Of a DNA stretch of 64,000 bases, positions 59,677 through 64,000 are shown piece by piece (within the stretch, counting starts at the first letter, position 1; each line of letters begins with the position of its first letter). Source of the DNA: Lophium mytilinum. Lineage: Eukaryota. Position numbers and translations under genes: made by a program. The notes beneath the pieces were generated by a model. It did no database searches, was not told the DNA's origin, and saw nothing but the letters and a program-made list of their open reading frames with translations. The DNA lies in NCBI GenBank assembly GCA_010093605.1, contig MU004183.1:1488001-1552000 (forward strand). The letters are read 5' to 3'.

Positions 59677-59880
59677 CCGTATTCTCTGACAATATACAGA
59701 AGCCACGCTTGGCAGCGCTATCTTAACCTTACTCGTTGAGCGAATCATGTCACGCCTATCGAGCTGATTTGTGGGCCTGTCGGCGCCCATCGGCGTCTGA
59801 CAGCTCGATTCCCGATAAACTAAACGCTTATAGGTTTAGGGGTGCCAAGAGTGGCTTCTGTATATTGTCAGAGAATACGG
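59677..59880. mobile_element. 204 bp MITE with ~44 bp TIRs and TA target-site duplication (Tc1/mariner-pogo type)
   Basis: CCGTATTCTCTGACAATATACAGAAGCCAC (30 bp) is perfectly inverted at the right end, with similarity extending to ~44 bp. Flanked by TA at 59675-59676 and 59881-59882. Confidence 0.85.
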
Positions 59881-60101
59881 TAGTCACAGGCAGATTAGAG
59901 ATGTGCGATGGGACGGCCATCTCGTGCAGGTGGTGTTGAACGTCATGGGTAGGCTCCACTCCGCCGAGGCTCCTCCGACAAGCTTTCACTAGCCACAGCC
60001 AATGTCAAACAACAATGAAACCTCCATGTTGAAACAGAAAACACCACGACAATGGAACTACCATCATATTAACACAGCCTGGCTAATACACAACTACAGT
60101 A

Positions 60102-62378
60102 ATGGCTGAAGACGTCCGGAGATCGAGGCGAGCCCGGCAGCCCAATAAGAAATACACAGTGGACCCTTTCGATGGTCTGGAAAAAGCTCTATATGCATCG
60201 AGTGACTCTGGCTCTAGCAGTACTTCCGCGCCTCCAAATGAAGGCTCGGATGATGACGTCGAATTCGAGGCACCTGCTGATGTCCCTGAGGAAGAAGAGG
60301 ACGACGCAGAGCTTCTCGAAGACGTTGTTCCATCGTCTGACACCGAACAAGAGACATTCAATGAACCGGACGACGACGAGACTGCTCAAGGCGACACGGA
60401 ACTTGACCCGCTCATTGGAACTGATACTGAGCGACTCGGAAGGCATCAAGTACCAAGCCGACGCGCTGTCATAGGCGCGCGTTTGCGCAACCTCAAGGGC
60501 GTCACATTTCGCACCGAAGTTCAGGCCAACACGCATACCCGAGGAGTTGACGAGTTCAGAACCAAGAGCGCGAAAGAGCAGAGAGTCTTGTACATGTTCG
60601 GCCCCACTAAGGAGGACATTGAGCCTGTTCTGAAGACTAGAGATAAGTGGCTCTGGGACCCGACTTTGCCCTCACGCACAGCTGGCGACGATGGCATAGG
60701 CGGCATGGGGCCTAGTTTCTATGTCTGTAAAGACGTTAGGGAAAAGGAAACGACCCAGACCCGAAGTTGGTACTTTGAACAAGGAGGAGAGGACGCTTTC
60801 GTTTCTGGACAGCAAAGCAAGCTCTTGAGCAGCGCGAATGCTCAGATATATATGCCGAAAACAGAGAGCAACTACCACAACTTCATCGCAGGCCCCGTGA
60901 ATAAACAGAAGCTATTTACGCTCAAGACAGGGCAGAGCGTGAGAATATCAGAGCCTTTCGAAGATGACAGGAGCGGTTTCATTCTCAATCTTGGGGCCAA
61001 AGTCCTAGATCTCCAATGGGCACCAACCGTTCAAGGATCTACACACTACCTCGCCGTAGCTGTAAAGCAGGACAACCCATCCATCAAAATCGGCTCAAAC
61101 TACAGATCACCTGCATACACTTCCCAGCTCCCGTTCCCCGCCTCCATACAGATATGGGCCTTCGAAGCTTTGGAAGACGGCGCCATGGACTCGCAATGTC
61201 CGCCCCATCTCGAAGTAGTCATATGCACAGATTGGGCCAACATAAAGGAGCTCAAATGGTGCCCAGTTGCCATGTCAGATACCACCGAATCCGACGATCA
61301 CACGACGATGCACCTAGGCCTCCTTGCCGCTATCTGGGGCGACGGCAAACTACGTGTCCTCGATATCACTTATTCAAAACGGACGTCCCCATCTTACCTC
61401 CACATCACCCGCTCCGCCTTCGAGTCATGCCCTACAAACACAGTATTCACATGCCTAACTTGGGTCTCTCCTCGCACCATCGCTGCCGGCACCGCCCTCG
61501 GCACCGTTGCCATCTACACTCTCGACTCTACCACCCTCTCTACCTCCGACCCACGCGCAGACGCAGTTCCCTGGTTCTACCAACCCATCCAAGACTCCTA
61601 CATACTCTCCATCGCCTCTGCCTACCCCTCCCGCCCCTCCTACCTTAGCACGCTCTGCTCCGATGGGCACATGCGCATCACCGACCTACGCAGTCCGTCA
61701 ATGGACGCCACAGGAGCTCCCCGCCAGCGCGTCTTCTGCCGCCCACTGATATGGTACGAACATAGCCAGGCTTTCGTCGCCGCGGACGAAAACTTCTACG
61801 TGCGTATACATGTGCTGCGGCGGTTTTACATGCACACCCTCGTCCTCCGGGCCCCATCGTTTGTGACCTGCGCAGCAGCAGGTACCGCGCATCCAATCCT
61901 CATGACTGGTAGTGCGGGTGGAGAAGTCATAACGAATAACCCTCTCCGACGAGCTCTCGACGTGAAATGCGAGAGCTGGCAGCAGTTGTGGTTCCAATAC
62001 GAGTACAGACGGCCGCTGCAACCGCCCAGCACCAACGGCAAAACATCAAGCTCGTCCGCTTCTCCACTCACTCCCCAAGAGATAGCATCGCAGCCATTGT
62101 CGCGTTTCATAACCGGCCACGAGCCCACCCAGCAACTCTTGCAGAGGCCCAATATCCATGCCTATCCAGCCTCAACCTCAGATTCAGACCCGACCTCAGA
62201 TCCTAAGGATGCCAACATCACGCCAGATGGTGGGCCGCTGCCGCCGACTATATACGAGGAGGAGCAGGCGGTTACAGCGTTGGCGTGGAATCCGAATGTT
62301 AGAGTGGGCGGGTGGGCGGCGGCGGGTTTGGGGAGTGGATTGGTGAGGGTGGAGGATTTGTGTGTGCAGACTGTCTAA
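60102..62378 (+). CDS. TFIIIC WD40 subunit, Tfc6/Sfc6-like
   Basis: Acidic N-terminus, then GFILNLG.KV.DLQWAP...YLAV, SIQIW, LKWCP, LGLLAAIWGDG.LRVLD, and terminal VTALAWNPN...GGWAAAGLGSGLVRVEDL. Confidence 0.82.
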   Translation: MAEDVRRSRRARQPNKKYTVDPFDGLEKALYASSDSGSSSTSAPPNEGSDDDVEFEAPADVPEEEEDDAELLEDVVPSSDTEQETFNEPDDDETAQGDTELDPLIGTDTERLGRHQVPSRRAVIGARLRNLKGVTFRTEVQANTHTRGVDEFRTKSAKEQRVLYMFGPTKEDIEPVLKTRDKWLWDPTLPSRTAGDDGIGGMGPSFYVCKDVREKETTQTRSWYFEQGGEDAFVSGQQSKLLSSANAQIYMPKTESNYHNFIAGPVNKQKLFTLKTGQSVRISEPFEDDRSGFILNLGAKVLDLQWAPTVQGSTHYLAVAVKQDNPSIKIGSNYRSPAYTSQLPFPASIQIWAFEALEDGAMDSQCPPHLEVVICTDWANIKELKWCPVAMSDTTESDDHTTMHLGLLAAIWGDGKLRVLDITYSKRTSPSYLHITRSAFESCPTNTVFTCLTWVSPRTIAAGTALGTVAIYTLDSTTLSTSDPRADAVPWFYQPIQDSYILSIASAYPSRPSYLSTLCSDGHMRITDLRSPSMDATGAPRQRVFCRPLIWYEHSQAFVAADENFYVRIHVLRRFYMHTLVLRAPSFVTCAAAGTAHPILMTGSAGGEVITNNPLRRALDVKCESWQQLWFQYEYRRPLQPPSTNGKTSSSSASPLTPQEIASQPLSRFITGHEPTQQLLQRPNIHAYPASTSDSDPTSDPKDANITPDGGPLPPTIYEEEQAVTALAWNPNVRVGGWAAAGLGSGLVRVEDLCVQTV

Positions 62379-63172
62379 ATCAGAGAAGAAAGTATATTGC
62401 TTTGATAGGCAGGATGCCGTGTTAGGGCACCCCTGGCGCTGGTGGATGGGAACATAGAGATAGAAGTTGGCGCTATCCGTCTGAATCGTGAGCTATAGTA
62501 TGGAACAGAAGGCTTGACTGGAAGAGAAGATAGCAATGGAGGATTGGGCTCCACTAAGCTCGGATTCATCAAAACAGATAGAGGCTGATGTCTCCTTCTC
62601 CGCCTGCATTTGGGCCTCTTTCCTGACAAGCACGTGACAGGCTCGTGACGAGGCCGGAACACCGAGTACATTCAGGTTCACGGCTTGCGACAAATAATCG
62701 AATTAATGACATACATACTCTATGGCCTGGGACGGGGTGGATGTTTGTCACCCTATGGAGGTTCGTCATCCATGGTGTGCAGCAATGGAAGTGGAAGCAT
62801 CAATGGAAGAGGGCCGGGAGCCGCATTGAAAACAGATCAGTTCGGTAGTGAGCATCAACGTGCTGAAACTGTTGAACACCGCCATTCGTAGAACATTCTC
62901 ACTGAGTATCTTTTCTCCGTAGTGCTCCCTTTCATCATGACCTCCAGCCCAGTGAGTAAAAAGATGAATAAAAAGAAATCAACTTCCTCTGGCGTATCGC
63001 ACTCACTCACAGCGGCAAAAAACTCGGGCCGAAGCCCTACTAAAAACCCCTTGCTACGAACAAGGAGTTTTTTGGTGGGACGGCGGCATACCGCCAGTCA
63101 CCACTGCAGCACTTCTGTTGTGCATGCAGGCCCGAAGGGCGGTGGAAGTGGATGTTGGGAGGTATATAACTA

Positions 63173-63822
63173 GGACGAGCTTAATTACCACCCCCCCATT
63201 CTCTCCGTAGCACCCCCCTTTTCTCTTCCTAGCACCCCCCCTATATTAAGCCTAGCTCCGGCCCGGATTAATGTTGTTTTACTAATTAAACACACTCGCT
63301 TGCCTCCGCATAGGCTGCATTATCTTGGCTAATAAGAATCTATTTACTCTATTAACTCTTGCAACTATTAGACTACTCTGCCAGCGGAAGCGCCTAGATG
63401 GCTACCGTCTAATTGCTAGCTACTGTCTAATTACTGCCTGAAAGGAACGCTAAATAGAGTATGCCTATATACTAAAACCTTATGCTAAATATCCTCCTAC
63501 TGCACCGGTTTCTTTACACGGAATAGCCTTGCGCCTAGAGGCTAATAAACTCTATACTATTCTCTATAGATGTGTGGCCGCTTTAAGGGACTTAGAGTAG
63601 CATAGTGTTAAGGTTATTATGTAGAGGAAGTAGTGTTAATATATTAAGAGTAAGTACGCTAGTAACGTAAATTCTAATTAAGCATAAGTAGGCAAGCGTG
63701 TAAGTTTAATTGGTGAGACAATATTAATCCGGGCCGGAGCTAGGCCTATTGTAGGGGGGGTGCTAGGAAGAGAAAAGGGGGGTGCTACGGAGAGAATAGG
63801 GGGGTGGTAATTAAGCTCGTCC
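63173..63822. mobile_element. 650 bp non-autonomous DNA transposon with ~120 bp TIRs and an 8 bp TSD (Mutator-like), RIP-mutated
   Basis: TIR GGACGAGCTTAATTACCACCCCCC...CCGGCCCGGATTAAT... inverted at the right end; TATAACTA directly repeated at 63165-63172 and 63823-63830; TpA-rich interior. Confidence 0.9.
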
Positions 63823-64000
63823 TATAACTATTGAGCCGTCGATAAAACTTGGAGTAATGATTAAGAACAGGTAGTGTAGATTGGAGCAAGATTGACAGCG
63901 ATTTGGGGGGGTTGCCACGTCATGAAGACCCCCCTGGCAGCATCGCAAGAGATGAGTACATGATGTAATTTCTAGAGACTGTGAATCAGACTCGGACTTT

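Noticed and set aside
1..64000. Starship, autonomous transposon or secondary-metabolite core gene
   Set aside because: No tyrosine recombinase, transposase, reverse transcriptase, PKS, NRPS or terpene synthase motifs were recognised.

Overview
Eukaryotic DNA from a filamentous ascomycete (Pezizomycotina; Dothideomycete-like is an inference). It has short GT-AG introns with CTRAY branch points and RIP-like TA-rich transposon relics. About 25 protein-coding genes or gene remnants are supported. Left part: cyclin L-like; a CocE/NonD hydrolase + fumarylacetoacetase-family + cupin trio; an F-box-like protein; PIG-Y/Eri1-domain; Crd2/CrdA-type metallothionein; SmgGDS-like ARM protein; DPM3; OXLD1-like; a probable CENP-P/Ctf19. 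Right part: a Ran1/Pat1-type kinase behind a ~8.5 kb gene-free region; a Clr5-ankyrin protein; a membrane protein; a truncated Zn-cluster TF; NADAR; DUF6594; a second F-box-like protein; a RING-CH E3; Tfc6. There are three inverted-repeat non-autonomous elements and a 3 x ~162 bp tandem repeat. The most notable observations are an F-box-like protein whose N-terminus mimics the histone H3 tail (MARGKKTARKS) and a hairpin-dense intergenic segment with Pol III A/B boxes and a T-run (~44370-44657). Exon structures were read by eye and family calls are from motif recognition, not database searches.
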